Below are positions 1-10,662 of a stretch of 58,790 bases of DNA, piece by piece. A model generated the notes under the pieces. That model saw nothing but the letters and a program-made list of their open reading frames with translations. It did no database searches and was not told where the DNA came from. Position numbers and translations under genes: made by a program. Position 1 is the stretch's first letter. The number at the start of each line of letters is the position of its first letter. Origin of the DNA: Escherichia phage FS2B; sequence record MW929182; one strand, 5' to 3'.

Positions 1-1
1 C

Positions 2-895
2 CACCCCTCCCACTGTGTGGAGAATACTGGGTGGGGATGTTACAGTACCTCGCCTGGAAGAGTTGGCGATTTGGCTCTAGGTGTTGAAAGAGGAGGCACT
101 GGAGCTAAAAATGCTGCTAGTGCTCGTTCTAATCTAGGGTTGGGAAGTGTTTCTACTCTGGATAATGTACCTATTGCTAATGGTGGGACAGGGGCTGGAG
201 ATGCTGCTGGTGCAAGGTTCAATATTGGAGCGCTAAGTAACACCCCAGCAAATTCAGGCGTAGGTGGTACTGGGGATCGTGTCCAACATGCCTCCGGGAA
301 CGGCCTGTTTACTTTAGACTTGTTTAACTGCTACTGGTATATGCAGCCAGAGGATACTAACTTCTGGATTGCCCACGGTGTGTCATATGCAGGGTCTGGT
401 GGCGAAGCCTCACAATACGGTCGCATATCTTACGCAATAAAGATTGCAGACGGAACAATAAAATATGTCCATTGTCTTACAAACAAAAACACCACTGTTG
501 ATGTAAACGGATTTATCAAAGCGGCATCTCCGGTAGTTCATATTTACTCCGACGGTCGATATGAGACGAACGAGGAATCTGAGGGGGTTAATGTCATTCG
601 GCAAGGTGTTGGTGAGTACTTGATTACCGGTTGCCTTGGCTTAAACGCAGATGCAAAATGGGGAGGCATTGACGGCGGCTTTGAAATCCCTACTGACCGC
701 AACAAACAACCTAGGGTTTGGCTGGACTATGAGATTAAAGAAGATGGTTCTATTTTAGTTAAAACCTATCACAGAACCCATCCAACCTCTCCGGTTTTTG
801 CTAGAAATGAGATAGAAGGTTTTTCTGACGGTGATCCTATTGATATCCCGAGTGATGCTTTTATTTCAGTTCGTGTTGAAATGCCTTCTGAGTAA
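2..895 (+). CDS. tail fibre protein, 5'-truncated by window edge
   Basis: Frame is open from the window start (track begins at internal GTG 17); Gly-rich repeats of the type NGGTGA..AAGAR.N.G as in phage tail-fibre repeat proteins. Confidence 0.5.
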   Translation, partial: HPSHCVENTGWGCYSTSPGRVGDLALGVERGGTGAKNAASARSNLGLGSVSTLDNVPIANGGTGAGDAAGARFNIGALSNTPANSGVGGTGDRVQHASGNGLFTLDLFNCYWYMQPEDTNFWIAHGVSYAGSGGEASQYGRISYAIKIADGTIKYVHCLTNKNTTVDVNGFIKAASPVVHIYSDGRYETNEESEGVNVIRQGVGEYLITGCLGLNADAKWGGIDGGFEIPTDRNKQPRVWLDYEIKEDGSILVKTYHRTHPTSPVFARNEIEGFSDGDPIDIPSDAFISVRVEMPSE

Positions 896-935
896 TTTAA
901 CAATGCTCCCTTCGGGGGGCTTTAAGGAGATTTAA

Positions 936-3128
936 ATGTCTAGAGAATTAATGCCCAAATCTGGTATAATGATGCCTCATGTGGTTGTAACCAGAGACGC
1001 GGCTGTTGTTGGGGTTTCTACTGTAGATGGACAGGCTGGAGCTATTAACCTCACCGGAAAATATTTACAGAAAACCGACGCAGCTGCTACCTATCAAACT
1101 AAAACAGAGGGTGCATCTAAAGATTTTGTGCTGGATTCGATTCAACCTATTATGTCTGGTGCGCTGTTCCGAGAAGACCCTTGGGTTGTTAATGATACCC
1201 CATTCCGTTCTACTGGAGCTAATGGTGTAGAATCAGTTGATATGATGAAAGTTACTACTGATAACTCAATCAAGATTGGTAGTTATGCCTCTTCAGTTCA
1301 AGGTGTAGAGATTCATTCTGCTGGTCGTCTTCAGGTTGTTGACCAGAATGACTCTGGGGTAGAAACTAAGTATCCAGTTTATTCTAAACGTTACCGTCCT
1401 GAGATTGAGGATTTGCCTTTTGCTGCAATTGGTTCTTATGTTAAAGACTCTAAAGGTCGTACGGTAGGTGTTACTCGTACAGGGATTAACTCTGATATCA
1501 AACAGCTCACACAGAAAGTTACTTTCACTCAACCAGTAACTGTCCCTGATGCAGTTGGTGATTATGATGCAGTCACTTTGAGACAGCTTCGAAACAGTGG
1601 TGGTGGCTCTGGTGGTCCTACGATGAGCGGTATCTCTAACTTTGGTATCGGTGATTTTCACTTACGGGATAGTCGAGCTTTCATCCCAGCTTTTGAAGTG
1701 TTTTCTGATGGTCAGCTTCTAAATCGTGCAGACTATCCAGACCTGTGGGCTTATGCACAGCTGTTATCTCCTATTGAAGACTCTTTGTGGCTAGAAGACC
1801 CTTATCAAAGAGGTAGATACTCTAAGGGTGATGGCACAACTACTTTCCGTGTTCCAGACCGAAATGGTATTCAGCCTAACTCCCTTCAGGCTCTTTATGG
1901 ACGAGGTGATGGTGGTGCTTCCGCAGCTAATGGTCAAGTATTTGATTCTGCGGCCCCAGACATTGTCGGCGCTGTTGCAGCATACTCTGCTGGAACTTAT
2001 GCCCAGCTTTTTGGAGTAGCTACCAATGCATTTTCATCTAGTAATGCCTTCTTTCCTGACGGTACAGGGGATACAATACCTCCGGGGTCTGGGCCAGTCG
2101 ATGGTCGATATAACACTGTTGAGTTTAAGGCTTCCAAATATAATGGAATTTATGGTCGCAGTAACACAGAGATTATGGGTCGTAACTTTGTTGGTGTGTG
2201 GACTATTCGCGCTAATGGTGGGTTTGTCGCTGCTAACACTTCTTGGAGTGTCATTAATAGCGATAGCGCAGCTCCGGCTCTAAATACTTCTGTGGTTGGT
2301 GGTAAGGTAGAATCTAAATATACTAACCCAACCTCTTCCCAATATGCTCGTATTTATGTTTCCTCTTCTTGGGGAAGTGTTTGCTCTGCCGTGATTGAAG
2401 CACAAGGTGCAAGTATTCACGCTTATAAGTTTTATGAGGATGGCACTGTTGATTTTAGGCAGTCTGGTAAGACAAACCCATTCCGCATGTACACACCAAC
2501 TGGAACTTGGACTGGACTGACGGATGCGGGGCCAAACAATTTAACCACCAATGGAATGGATAGGGTGGCGATTTCTAGTGGCTCTGACACAGTGGTGCGT
2601 GGGTACTCTATTGGAGGATCTAAACCTAATGGTTATCCAACCAAGGTTGGGTATCATATGTATTTGCCGGGAAGTGACGCCTTCGGTGTCGCCTGTACAA
2701 CTATTGGAGGAGACAACGGAAAGTTCTGTCGATATTTTTACGACATAGACGGGCAGATGTATGGCTCAACTGATTATGGAAACTTTAGCTATACAAAGAG
2801 TGGTGTCTCGGATGAAAACCTGAAACATAACATTGTTGATATTGATGCAGAAAGAGCTATTGAAGTAATAAAAGGACTGAAGTTCAAATCCTTTGTTTAC
2901 AACGATGATGAGAAGAATCGATCTCGTCGTGGTATCATTGCACAGCAGGCAGAGACGGTAGAACCTCTGTATGTCAAGACTCGCAAATACCCAGGAATGG
3001 AGAAAGGCTCTCCAGAAATTGAGCAGAAAGAGCTAGACACTACTCCAATGCTCCTTGACACTATGCAAGTAGTTCAAGACCTTCTGAAGCGTATTGAAGT
3101 TCTGGAATCGAAGTTAGCAGAGAAGTAA
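936..3128 (+). CDS. tail fibre/tailspike protein with C-terminal intramolecular chaperone (peptidase S74-like) domain
   Basis: ATG with AAGGAG RBS; C-terminal SDENLKHNI..(21 aa)..FVYNDDEKNRSRRGIIAQQAETVEPLYV resembles the endosialidase/tail-fibre chaperone domain. Confidence 0.65.
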   Translation: MSRELMPKSGIMMPHVVVTRDAAVVGVSTVDGQAGAINLTGKYLQKTDAAATYQTKTEGASKDFVLDSIQPIMSGALFREDPWVVNDTPFRSTGANGVESVDMMKVTTDNSIKIGSYASSVQGVEIHSAGRLQVVDQNDSGVETKYPVYSKRYRPEIEDLPFAAIGSYVKDSKGRTVGVTRTGINSDIKQLTQKVTFTQPVTVPDAVGDYDAVTLRQLRNSGGGSGGPTMSGISNFGIGDFHLRDSRAFIPAFEVFSDGQLLNRADYPDLWAYAQLLSPIEDSLWLEDPYQRGRYSKGDGTTTFRVPDRNGIQPNSLQALYGRGDGGASAANGQVFDSAAPDIVGAVAAYSAGTYAQLFGVATNAFSSSNAFFPDGTGDTIPPGSGPVDGRYNTVEFKASKYNGIYGRSNTEIMGRNFVGVWTIRANGGFVAANTSWSVINSDSAAPALNTSVVGGKVESKYTNPTSSQYARIYVSSSWGSVCSAVIEAQGASIHAYKFYEDGTVDFRQSGKTNPFRMYTPTGTWTGLTDAGPNNLTTNGMDRVAISSGSDTVVRGYSIGGSKPNGYPTKVGYHMYLPGSDAFGVACTTIGGDNGKFCRYFYDIDGQMYGSTDYGNFSYTKSGVSDENLKHNIVDIDAERAIEVIKGLKFKSFVYNDDEKNRSRRGIIAQQAETVEPLYVKTRKYPGMEKGSPEIEQKELDTTPMLLDTMQVVQDLLKRIEVLESKLAEK

Positions 3129-3132
3129 GATA

Positions 3133-3153
3133 AGCCCCTTCGGGGGCTTTAGT
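3133..3153 (+). terminator. putative intrinsic terminator after tail fibre gene
   Basis: GC hairpin AGCCCCTTCGGGGGCT followed by a short T-run directly after the stop codon. Confidence 0.4.
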
Positions 3154-3220
3154 AGTAAGTACCCTTAGTAAGTAATGAAACTAATATATCCCAAGAGGTT
3201 AATATATAGGAGACACTCAA

Positions 3221-3439
3221 ATGAAAATGATGAAACAAGCTGCATATGGTTTAATATGTTTAGGCGCAGGTGTTGTGGTATCCACCGCAGTTCCTGTAGG
3301 CGCAGTTCATCCATTAGTAACTGTCCCTGCTCCAGTAGAGAAGCTCAGCTCTCAATGTAAGCAGAGAACAATTCAAAATAACTTAGTTGTTATTTGCCCT
3401 GATGCTGAATCTAACGCTCTGAGAAAGATACTACCTTAA
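3221..3439 (+). CDS. small membrane or secreted protein upstream of lysozyme (possible holin-like)
   Basis: ATG with GGAGA RBS; N-terminal hydrophobic stretch GLICLGAGVVVSTAVPVGAV; position immediately upstream of the lysozyme gene. Confidence 0.35.
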   Translation: MKMMKQAAYGLICLGAGVVVSTAVPVGAVHPLVTVPAPVEKLSSQCKQRTIQNNLVVICPDAESNALRKILP

Positions 3440-3468
3440 TTTAAAGGGACCACAAAAGGAGGTTAGAA

Positions 3469-3960
3469 ATGGATAACGCCGCATTGCCACCTGTACAACT
3501 AAACTTAAGCCCAGCTGGAATGGAATTCATCATGAAGCATGAGGGTATGAGAACCAAGGCTTATAAAGATTCCGCAGGTATCTGGACTATATGTGTAGGG
3601 GCTACGCGCGATATGAATGGTTATCCGGTTAGACAAGGATTAACGTATTCTATAGAGGATTGTCTAGCTCTGCTAGATAGAGACACACAAGACTCTGTTC
3701 GTGCTACTCAGAAGAACATAAAGGTTCCTTTACTAGTTCATGAGTTTGATGCACTCACTTCTTTCAACTTCAATGTTGGCAGTGGGGCTTTGAGCACATC
3801 TAAGTTAAGGAAGGTTATCAATGGAGAGGTGAAAGGGGATGTATATTCCGAATTTCTTCGTTGGGATAAAATAACGGTCAAGGGAGAGAAGCAGAGAAGT
3901 CAGGGTCTTCATAATAGAAGGGTTGCAGAAGCTGATCTTTACACCGAAGGTAAATATTAA
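3469..3960 (+). CDS. phage lysozyme, glycoside hydrolase family 24 (T4 lysozyme-like)
   Basis: AAGGAGG RBS; N-terminal MKHEGMRTKAYKDSAGIWTICVGAT matches the GH24 lysozyme catalytic region. Confidence 0.85.
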   Translation: MDNAALPPVQLNLSPAGMEFIMKHEGMRTKAYKDSAGIWTICVGATRDMNGYPVRQGLTYSIEDCLALLDRDTQDSVRATQKNIKVPLLVHEFDALTSFNFNVGSGALSTSKLRKVINGEVKGDVYSEFLRWDKITVKGEKQRSQGLHNRRVAEADLYTEGKY

Positions 3961-3972
3961 TGGAGGTGCCTT

Positions 3973-4776
3973 TTGGCTATCGAAACTAATGCGGTAGTTA
4001 TTACCGACTTAAACCCGCTCTATCCTAGAGACAGGGATTACATCTACGAAGGGGCGGCTCAAATCCGCCTCATTAAACAAACGTTACAGAACACATTCCC
4101 CAATGTTACAGAGCCAGTTGATATAGATTCTGACACCTTTAAGATCATGTCAGAGAAGCTCAAGTTTACTGGCGATGCAATGGATGTTGGTGGTCTTATG
4201 ATCAAGAATGTTACTCCGGGAACTGGTGACAAGGATGTTGTTACTAAAGGCCAGATGGAAGCGTTCATGAAGAACTGGATGGAGAATAAGCTCTATCGAA
4301 TTGGTTCTTACTACATCACTGAAGAAGACATTAACCCCGGTGATTCAATCTCCTTAGGGTTTGGCTCTTGGGCTAAAGTGACTGGTGTTATCATGGGTAC
4401 TGGTGTAGTAAACCCTGATGGTTCTGTTCCTAACGCTCAAAGAGTTGAGTTCCAAGCAGGTGGTACTGGTGGTCGTGTCTTCAATACTATTCGAACTGAG
4501 AACGTACCTTTGATGACAGTTAATGGCTCCAGCTTCTCTCTATCCAGTAATACTCACAGTCACAACATGGTATTTGGTCGTGGAGATGCTAGTGGTCATA
4601 ACAGCTCGCCAAACTGGTATAGTCCGGGTGGTGGATACAGTCAGAGAACTGATAATGATACTCACACTCATACAATCTCTGGTAGTGTAAGTCTTGGTCG
4701 TGATGATATCTCTCGTCAACCTATTAACACTTTGCCACCATTCAGAGCAGCTCACATTTGGAGACGTATTAGCTAA
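3973..4776 (+). CDS. virion structural protein (tail-associated), apparent TTG start
   Basis: GGAGG RBS 6 nt upstream of TTG; Gly/Ser/Thr-rich beta-type composition; sits between lysozyme and large structural genes. Confidence 0.4.
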   Translation: MAIETNAVVITDLNPLYPRDRDYIYEGAAQIRLIKQTLQNTFPNVTEPVDIDSDTFKIMSEKLKFTGDAMDVGGLMIKNVTPGTGDKDVVTKGQMEAFMKNWMENKLYRIGSYYITEEDINPGDSISLGFGSWAKVTGVIMGTGVVNPDGSVPNAQRVEFQAGGTGGRVFNTIRTENVPLMTVNGSSFSLSSNTHSHNMVFGRGDASGHNSSPNWYSPGGGYSQRTDNDTHTHTISGSVSLGRDDISRQPINTLPPFRAAHIWRRIS

Positions 4777-4785
4777 GGAGGAATT

Positions 4786-7700
4786 ATGGCGCTGTATCCA
4801 ATAAAGTCACTAGGTGCTGTAGGCGTTATCGCTGATCAGGCTCCGACTGACTTAGCTCCTAATGCTTTCACTAATGCTATAAATGCTCGATTTGTTGAGC
4901 AGAGAGTATTTAAGACGGGGGGCAATGCCCCTCTTTCTTATGTAGATGAAGATAAGGATTTAACCCCTCTGTCTTTCGTTTCTATGCCTTTCGATTATTA
5001 TAGCGCAGGTAATAGCTTTCTTGTTGTAGGTACGGATAAGAAGTTATATAAACTGACAGATGAAAGCTTGACTGATATTAGCCGTAAGGTTGCTACAGTC
5101 ACTAAGAAGGCTTCTGCCTCAATTAAGATTTATCCAGTTGTTTCTCAGATCGTTCCTAAAGAATCAACTATCTCAATGAACTTCAATCAGACCAAGAATC
5201 TAGAGGTTTCTCTTCTCCCTGCTGATGCTAACAATACTGATCTTATTTGGGAGGTTAGTAACTCATCCTACGGAAGTATTACGGTAGACCCTAGTGACTC
5301 TAAACTTGCTACTCTAACATCTTTTGAGAAAGAAGGTAATCTTGTAGTAACTATCTCTACTGCCAACGAATCCGTAGTGGCTCAGATTGCTGTTAATATC
5401 ATCGACGGTGATTCAGGCATCTTCTTGAGTCAAGACACTGTTACAATTCGTAAAGGAGGGACTACTACTCTCACGGCTGTTACTGGCAAGACTCCTGTAA
5501 CTTGGTCCAGCAATAACGCTTCTATTGTATCCGTAACCCCTAACGCCAATTCTTTAACTGCTGTCATTACAGCGAATGGAGAAGGTAATGTAACAATCAC
5601 TGCTGATAACGGAACTAAGACTGCTTCTTGTGAGATTGTTTCTATCCCTCAGATTGATAGCATTTCTTTAAGCCAGTCAGATGTTACTGTGAGTAGAGGT
5701 TCTCAGTATATCTTAACTGCTACCCTTTCTCCTGCTAACGCCCCTAATCAAAATATTACTTGGACCTCTTCTAATCCAAATATTGCAACAGTATCAGGGA
5801 CTGGCACACAAGGGACGATCAACGCTCTACTTGCTGGTTTTACTGAGATTACAGCTACCACTGAAGAAGGTAGCAGAGTTGCTGTCTGTACTGTACGTGT
5901 GGATTTAGCTGGAAGGACAATGAGAACAAGTGCTATGGCATTTGCCGCTCCTGTGTCAGAGTCAGTAGAAACTCAAGAGGAAGAAGTAGTAACTCCTCCT
6001 GAAAGTGAAGAGACGGTTTATTTTGCTGAGCCTACATCTGGTATTGATACGTCAGGGATGTACGAAGGTAATAACTTCTACGATTACTCTAACGTGAATG
6101 ACATTGAAGGTTTTGCAAGAGCTTCTTTACTGGCAACCCCTTTGTCATCTGTAACCTTAGATATTGTCAGCGCTTCTCTTGATGTTGGTGAAGAGATTGT
6201 CATTACAGCCACAGCTTCTCCAGAAGGTGAGTACTCTTATCAGTGGTCTGTTGATAAAACTGGTTATGTTTCTACAACTTCAGTCACTGGTAAATCTATC
6301 AAACTGGTTGCTCTTCGTAAAGGGGAGATTAACGTAACATGTACTGTCAGTCAGATGACTCAGAAGGATTACGATGCTTTTGATGACTACCCTTGGTATC
6401 ACGCTGTTATCTCTAACTGTGCAGTTGCTACAACTCACTATGAAACTCCTCAGGTAAAAGAATTCGAATCAGAATACTTTGTAGACCTTCCGGGGTGGGG
6501 TGAGCAAACAGTTGTTGATAGTGATGGAAACCCTTCAGTCAAGAAGTTTAACTGGAAATGTGAGAGAGTGAGGTCTTTTAACAACCGTCTTTTTGCTCTG
6601 AATATGAGAGAGGCTAATGCTTCTGGTGTTACCACTAACTATCCGCTTCGTCTTCGTTGGTCTAACTTTGCCAATGAGAACAAGGCTCCTACACTGTGGG
6701 ATGACTTTGCCTATGATCGAGTTGTGTCTTCGGACTTAGCTTCTAACATCGTAGGGCAGACTCAGGCTCTAGAGAATGGGTATGCTGGTTACATTGACCT
6801 AGCTGACTCTAATGGTAGCTTGATTGATATCCTACCTCTTAAAGACTACTTGTTTGTTTATACAGAGTTTGAAACGTATATTGGTTCTCCAACTAATAAC
6901 ACGTACCAACCTCTAATGTTCAAGAAGCTTTTTAACGACTCTGGTATCCTTGCTCCTGAGTGTGTGGTTGAAGTAGAAGGTAGTCACTTCGTAGTTACTC
7001 AGAACGATGTAATCTTACACAACGGTGCAACTAAGAAATCAATTGCATCTAACCGTGTCAAGAACATGCTGATTAACGAGGTGTGTCTGGTTAATCCTTT
7101 AGCAACTCGAGTACACTTGCATCAGGATAAGAAAGAGGTTTGGGTTCTGTATGTAGGTCCGGGGGAGCCAAAAGAAAGCTTCGCTTGTACTAAAGCTGCT
7201 GTATGGAACTACGAGTTTGATACTTGGTCCTTCCGTACTATCCCATATGCTCAGTGTATTGGTCTGGTTGATCCTCCTGTTTTAGAAAGAGGTCCAATCT
7301 GGTCCGACTTCCAAGAAATCACTTGGGATGATCCATCTATTAAAGAACTCGTTTGGAGAAAGGATGCAACAAACTTTAGACAGAGGGTTACGATAGTAGG
7401 TTCATTCTTGAAGGGATTCTATCAAGTGGATGTGGGTGCTCTTGATTACTTCTATGACAGGCTAAATGATGTTGTTATAGAGAAGCCTCTGGAAATGAGG
7501 TTAGAGAGGACTGGTATAGATTTTGATAATGTGACGAATGAGTGGAATCAGAAGCATATTAACAGGTTCCGACCTCAGACAACTGGTTCAGGTACTTACA
7601 TATTTGAAGCTGGTGGTAGTCAATTCTCAAATGAATATGGACACCCACACACATCTAAGACATATACGATCGGTGTTGACAGGCATGTCTCGGTGAGACT

Positions 7701-7803
7701 GAACCATCCATACCTTTTCTATAATGTTATAGATAATGATGTTAATAGTAATGCTGCTATCAATGGTTTAACGATAGAGTTTGCTGTTGGCGGGCGGAGA
7801 TAA
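4786..7803 (+). CDS. large virion structural protein with tandem bacterial Ig-like (Big_2-type) domains
   Basis: AAGGAGG RBS; repeated segments such as VTWSSNNASIVSVTP..GNVTITA and ITWTSSNPNIATVSG..TEITAT typical of Big_2 domains (roughly nt 5150-5900). Confidence 0.55.
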   Translation: MALYPIKSLGAVGVIADQAPTDLAPNAFTNAINARFVEQRVFKTGGNAPLSYVDEDKDLTPLSFVSMPFDYYSAGNSFLVVGTDKKLYKLTDESLTDISRKVATVTKKASASIKIYPVVSQIVPKESTISMNFNQTKNLEVSLLPADANNTDLIWEVSNSSYGSITVDPSDSKLATLTSFEKEGNLVVTISTANESVVAQIAVNIIDGDSGIFLSQDTVTIRKGGTTTLTAVTGKTPVTWSSNNASIVSVTPNANSLTAVITANGEGNVTITADNGTKTASCEIVSIPQIDSISLSQSDVTVSRGSQYILTATLSPANAPNQNITWTSSNPNIATVSGTGTQGTINALLAGFTEITATTEEGSRVAVCTVRVDLAGRTMRTSAMAFAAPVSESVETQEEEVVTPPESEETVYFAEPTSGIDTSGMYEGNNFYDYSNVNDIEGFARASLLATPLSSVTLDIVSASLDVGEEIVITATASPEGEYSYQWSVDKTGYVSTTSVTGKSIKLVALRKGEINVTCTVSQMTQKDYDAFDDYPWYHAVISNCAVATTHYETPQVKEFESEYFVDLPGWGEQTVVDSDGNPSVKKFNWKCERVRSFNNRLFALNMREANASGVTTNYPLRLRWSNFANENKAPTLWDDFAYDRVVSSDLASNIVGQTQALENGYAGYIDLADSNGSLIDILPLKDYLFVYTEFETYIGSPTNNTYQPLMFKKLFNDSGILAPECVVEVEGSHFVVTQNDVILHNGATKKSIASNRVKNMLINEVCLVNPLATRVHLHQDKKEVWVLYVGPGEPKESFACTKAAVWNYEFDTWSFRTIPYAQCIGLVDPPVLERGPIWSDFQEITWDDPSIKELVWRKDATNFRQRVTIVGSFLKGFYQVDVGALDYFYDRLNDVVIEKPLEMRLERTGIDFDNVTNEWNQKHINRFRPQTTGSGTYIFEAGGSQFSNEYGHPHTSKTYTIGVDRHVSVRLNHPYLFYNVIDNDVNSNAAINGLTIEFAVGGRR

Positions 7804-7810
7804 CAACAAG

Positions 7811-7838
7811 GGGCTTCGTGCCCCTTTTATTGTTTTGG
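7811..7838 (+). terminator. intrinsic terminator
   Basis: Hairpin GGGGCTTCGTGCCCC followed by TTTTATTGTTTT immediately after the stop at 7803. Confidence 0.5.
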
Positions 7839-7846
7839 AGGAACTT

Positions 7847-8815
7847 ATGGGTGCAGGTGGTTTTCGTAAGAATACTGGTCGCAACAACACCACACTCCCG
7901 TACAACGTTGGGTTTCTCAATAATGTACAGGACACAGAAACATATAACGTAGCCGTGTATGATGAATTACAAAAAGTTAGCACAGCTACTAACCAAATGT
8001 TCCAAGCTATAGATGAAATTCACGAAGAGATTGATGTTCGTATTAAAGCTCTTAATGCAATGAATCTACAATTTGATGAGCTTGAGAATAGAATTACTAC
8101 AGAGATAGAAACAGCTATTGCAGATATCCAAACCCAGATGGGGAACCTGTCCACTGAGGATATTTGGGATAATTCTGTTCAACCCCCTGTGAAGCTAGAA
8201 AGCACTGTATCTGGTTTTAAGACCAGCATCGAAGGTAACACAACTAAAATTCAGACAGTAGAAGGTATTGTTAACGATCAAGGTCAAGAGATTGCTCTTG
8301 TTCAGACAGAACTGCAAAATATCAACGGAAGCCTTTCTCAGTATATGAAACTCTCTGAGTATGAAGCTACGTGGGGTGTTAACTCTACAGTCAACGGAAG
8401 ATATGCTGGGGTCAAGTTAACTAACAACGGAACAAACAGTCAATTCCAAGTAACAGCTAACAAATTTATTGTTGGTGATGGCAGCTCTGGGAATACCCCC
8501 TTCGTATTTGAGGGTGGGCGAGCTAGGATGGAATTCGCTGACATAAAGAACGTCAACATCACAACTGCTCAGATTGCCAACGCTAGGATCCAATGGGCAC
8601 AGATTGATAACGTATCTATCTCCAATGCTCAGATTCAGAACTTATCAGCGGATAAAATCACTGCTGGTTCTATGTGGGGTTCTAACTGGAGACTTACTGT
8701 TGGTGGTGATTTTGTTATGGGTGGTACAGGTGGTTCTCAGTTGTGGATGAATGGTAATAGAATAGATTTTTATGATGGGAGTGGAACTCTTCGCATAAGA
8801 ATAGGGAGTTGGTAA
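7847..8815 (+). CDS. tail fibre-like structural protein (N-terminal coiled coil, C-terminal beta-rich part)
   Basis: ATG 7847 with GGAGG RBS downstream of the terminator (track start 7781 would run through the hairpin); heptad-like N-terminal half. Confidence 0.4.
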   Translation: MGAGGFRKNTGRNNTTLPYNVGFLNNVQDTETYNVAVYDELQKVSTATNQMFQAIDEIHEEIDVRIKALNAMNLQFDELENRITTEIETAIADIQTQMGNLSTEDIWDNSVQPPVKLESTVSGFKTSIEGNTTKIQTVEGIVNDQGQEIALVQTELQNINGSLSQYMKLSEYEATWGVNSTVNGRYAGVKLTNNGTNSQFQVTANKFIVGDGSSGNTPFVFEGGRARMEFADIKNVNITTAQIANARIQWAQIDNVSISNAQIQNLSADKITAGSMWGSNWRLTVGGDFVMGGTGGSQLWMNGNRIDFYDGSGTLRIRIGSW

Positions 8816-8816
8816 C

Positions 8817-9851
8817 ATGGCATATGGAATATGGACACGCCCGGTTGGTCCGGGTCCAGCGGCACCTGCTGATATTTACATCGATAGTGGTAGCACATTC
8901 CCTCAACTCAGAAATAGAGTCAGTGGGAATTTCTCTTTTAGTGGAAATACCTGTGACTTGCCTATAAGTGGTTGGGATGGTAGTGGTCAGATAGTTGTAG
9001 TTCCAACAGGGTCTGTTGTTTGGGAGAGATACATACCTCCTAACGTAACGTCTGATGTGTATTGGATAACGGATATATCTGTTATTAATAACTCAACCTT
9101 CAGAGTTACTATGGACTATAATGTAAACGGTTGGGTATTTGATATGGCTTTTAATGTGTATCAAATATGGCCTAGAGCTAACAGGAATTATGGAATCACA
9201 TTCTCCAACTCTGCTGACTATTTCTCAATATCCGATTCTGGGGTTGTTGGTCAATGTATTTGGGCTTGGGAGGGTGACATAAATGGTTCTCTTCAAATAC
9301 CAGATATTGGTGGTTTTGATATGAGCCGAGCAACTGTCTACGCGAATTGGAGTAACGGTGGAGCAGGGCTGCTATACAATCCATCCAATAGGGTTGTTTA
9401 TGTGTACCAGAACAGGTCTCATGATAATGGTAACACAAACCAAACAGGATACATTGGTGGTGTTAGAATTGCCGTCTTCTGTGATGGTTCTGGAGTACCA
9501 ACCCACAATGGTGGTTTAAATATCTTCTCTCCAAATGGGTCTCAGTGTGTATTTTCTACATATAGAACCCCTTTTAGTGTTGAGGGATTTATGCCTATGA
9601 GTGGCGGTAACACATCTCTGGCCTATCCAATGATACCACTATCTTACGGAGCAGGAGCAATAAGAGGCAAGGCTAGTGGTTGGTATTTTCAACACACAAG
9701 ATCTCACATGATGAATGGCTCTTCTTTCGGTACAGGTTTCGGAAGGATGATTTACTCTTGGAGTAGTCAATATGATTTAGGAGGGGGTGGTGCCCTCGGG
9801 TTAAGTATTCCAATATTAGATGCTAGAAAGATATTCAGGAGTATACAATAA
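8817..9851 (+). CDS. virion structural protein, function unknown
   Basis: Tightly coupled to the upstream gene; Gly/Ser/Asn-rich beta-type composition. Confidence 0.4.
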   Translation: MAYGIWTRPVGPGPAAPADIYIDSGSTFPQLRNRVSGNFSFSGNTCDLPISGWDGSGQIVVVPTGSVVWERYIPPNVTSDVYWITDISVINNSTFRVTMDYNVNGWVFDMAFNVYQIWPRANRNYGITFSNSADYFSISDSGVVGQCIWAWEGDINGSLQIPDIGGFDMSRATVYANWSNGGAGLLYNPSNRVVYVYQNRSHDNGNTNQTGYIGGVRIAVFCDGSGVPTHNGGLNIFSPNGSQCVFSTYRTPFSVEGFMPMSGGNTSLAYPMIPLSYGAGAIRGKASGWYFQHTRSHMMNGSSFGTGFGRMIYSWSSQYDLGGGGALGLSIPILDARKIFRSIQ

Positions 9852-9860
9852 GGAGATATT

Positions 9861-10643
9861 ATGGCAATCAGAATGGGTATCGAAGAACTAGACCCAATGG
9901 TACAGCAAGCTTCAAAGAAGTATGGGATTCCTGCTGCTTTGATTCATGCTGTCATCCAAAGAGAGTCCAGTGGTCGTCCTACAGTGGCCTCTGGAACTGG
10001 TCCTGTAGGTTTAATGCAGATCAGTAAAGGGTTGGCTAAAGATTACGGTTACAAACTAGAAGATAGACTTGACCCAGCAAAGAATATTGATATGGGCGCT
10101 CGTTACATAAGAGATAACTTAAAAGCTTTTAATGGTGATGTTAAGAAAGCAATGGTTGGTTATTCAGAAGGTATCGGTGGAGCTAAGCAAATGTTCGCTG
10201 GTAAAAAGGGGTTTACTCCACAAGCTCTTGACTCCATGAACAATAAACACTTTCTTCCTTTCTATGGTGATGCAGCTTCTCAGATTGCTAACCCTGTTGG
10301 AGCTTTGCAAGCTGTTCAACCAGTCAATCAGTTTAGTCCTGACTTGTTAGATAGAGAGAAGGCCGCACAAGCTCCAACTCAGGCAGAGATTGCTGCTTCT
10401 AAGACAGGTGCTTTAGGTGGAAATCCAGTAGAGTTTTACTCTGATGAAGTGCAGGAAGGCGAAAATCAGAAACCTCAACAGAACTTTGGTAATGCAGTAT
10501 TAGGGGTAGCTGCTATGCTTGCTGGTAAACCTCCCACTTCTCAAACAGTTCAGAGGGCAAGTGCACCACATGCAGCAGGTTCTCAGTACAGTCCACAAAC
10601 ACAAGCAGTGCTCAGACGTCTGGCTAGCATTGGTGTAAAGTAA
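9861..10643 (+). CDS. lytic transglycosylase (SLT domain), probably virion-associated
   Basis: AAGGAG RBS; motif AVIQRESSGRP...GLMQIS characteristic of soluble lytic transglycosylases. Confidence 0.7.
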   Translation: MAIRMGIEELDPMVQQASKKYGIPAALIHAVIQRESSGRPTVASGTGPVGLMQISKGLAKDYGYKLEDRLDPAKNIDMGARYIRDNLKAFNGDVKKAMVGYSEGIGGAKQMFAGKKGFTPQALDSMNNKHFLPFYGDAASQIANPVGALQAVQPVNQFSPDLLDREKAAQAPTQAEIAASKTGALGGNPVEFYSDEVQEGENQKPQQNFGNAVLGVAAMLAGKPPTSQTVQRASAPHAAGSQYSPQTQAVLRRLASIGVK

Positions 10644-10662
10644 TAATCTTTAAGGAGGACTT

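Noticed and set aside
7781-7846. Track start at 7781 for the gene ending at 8815
   Set aside because: It would overlap the preceding gene and read through a terminator hairpin; ATG 7847 with a GGAGG RBS is more plausible
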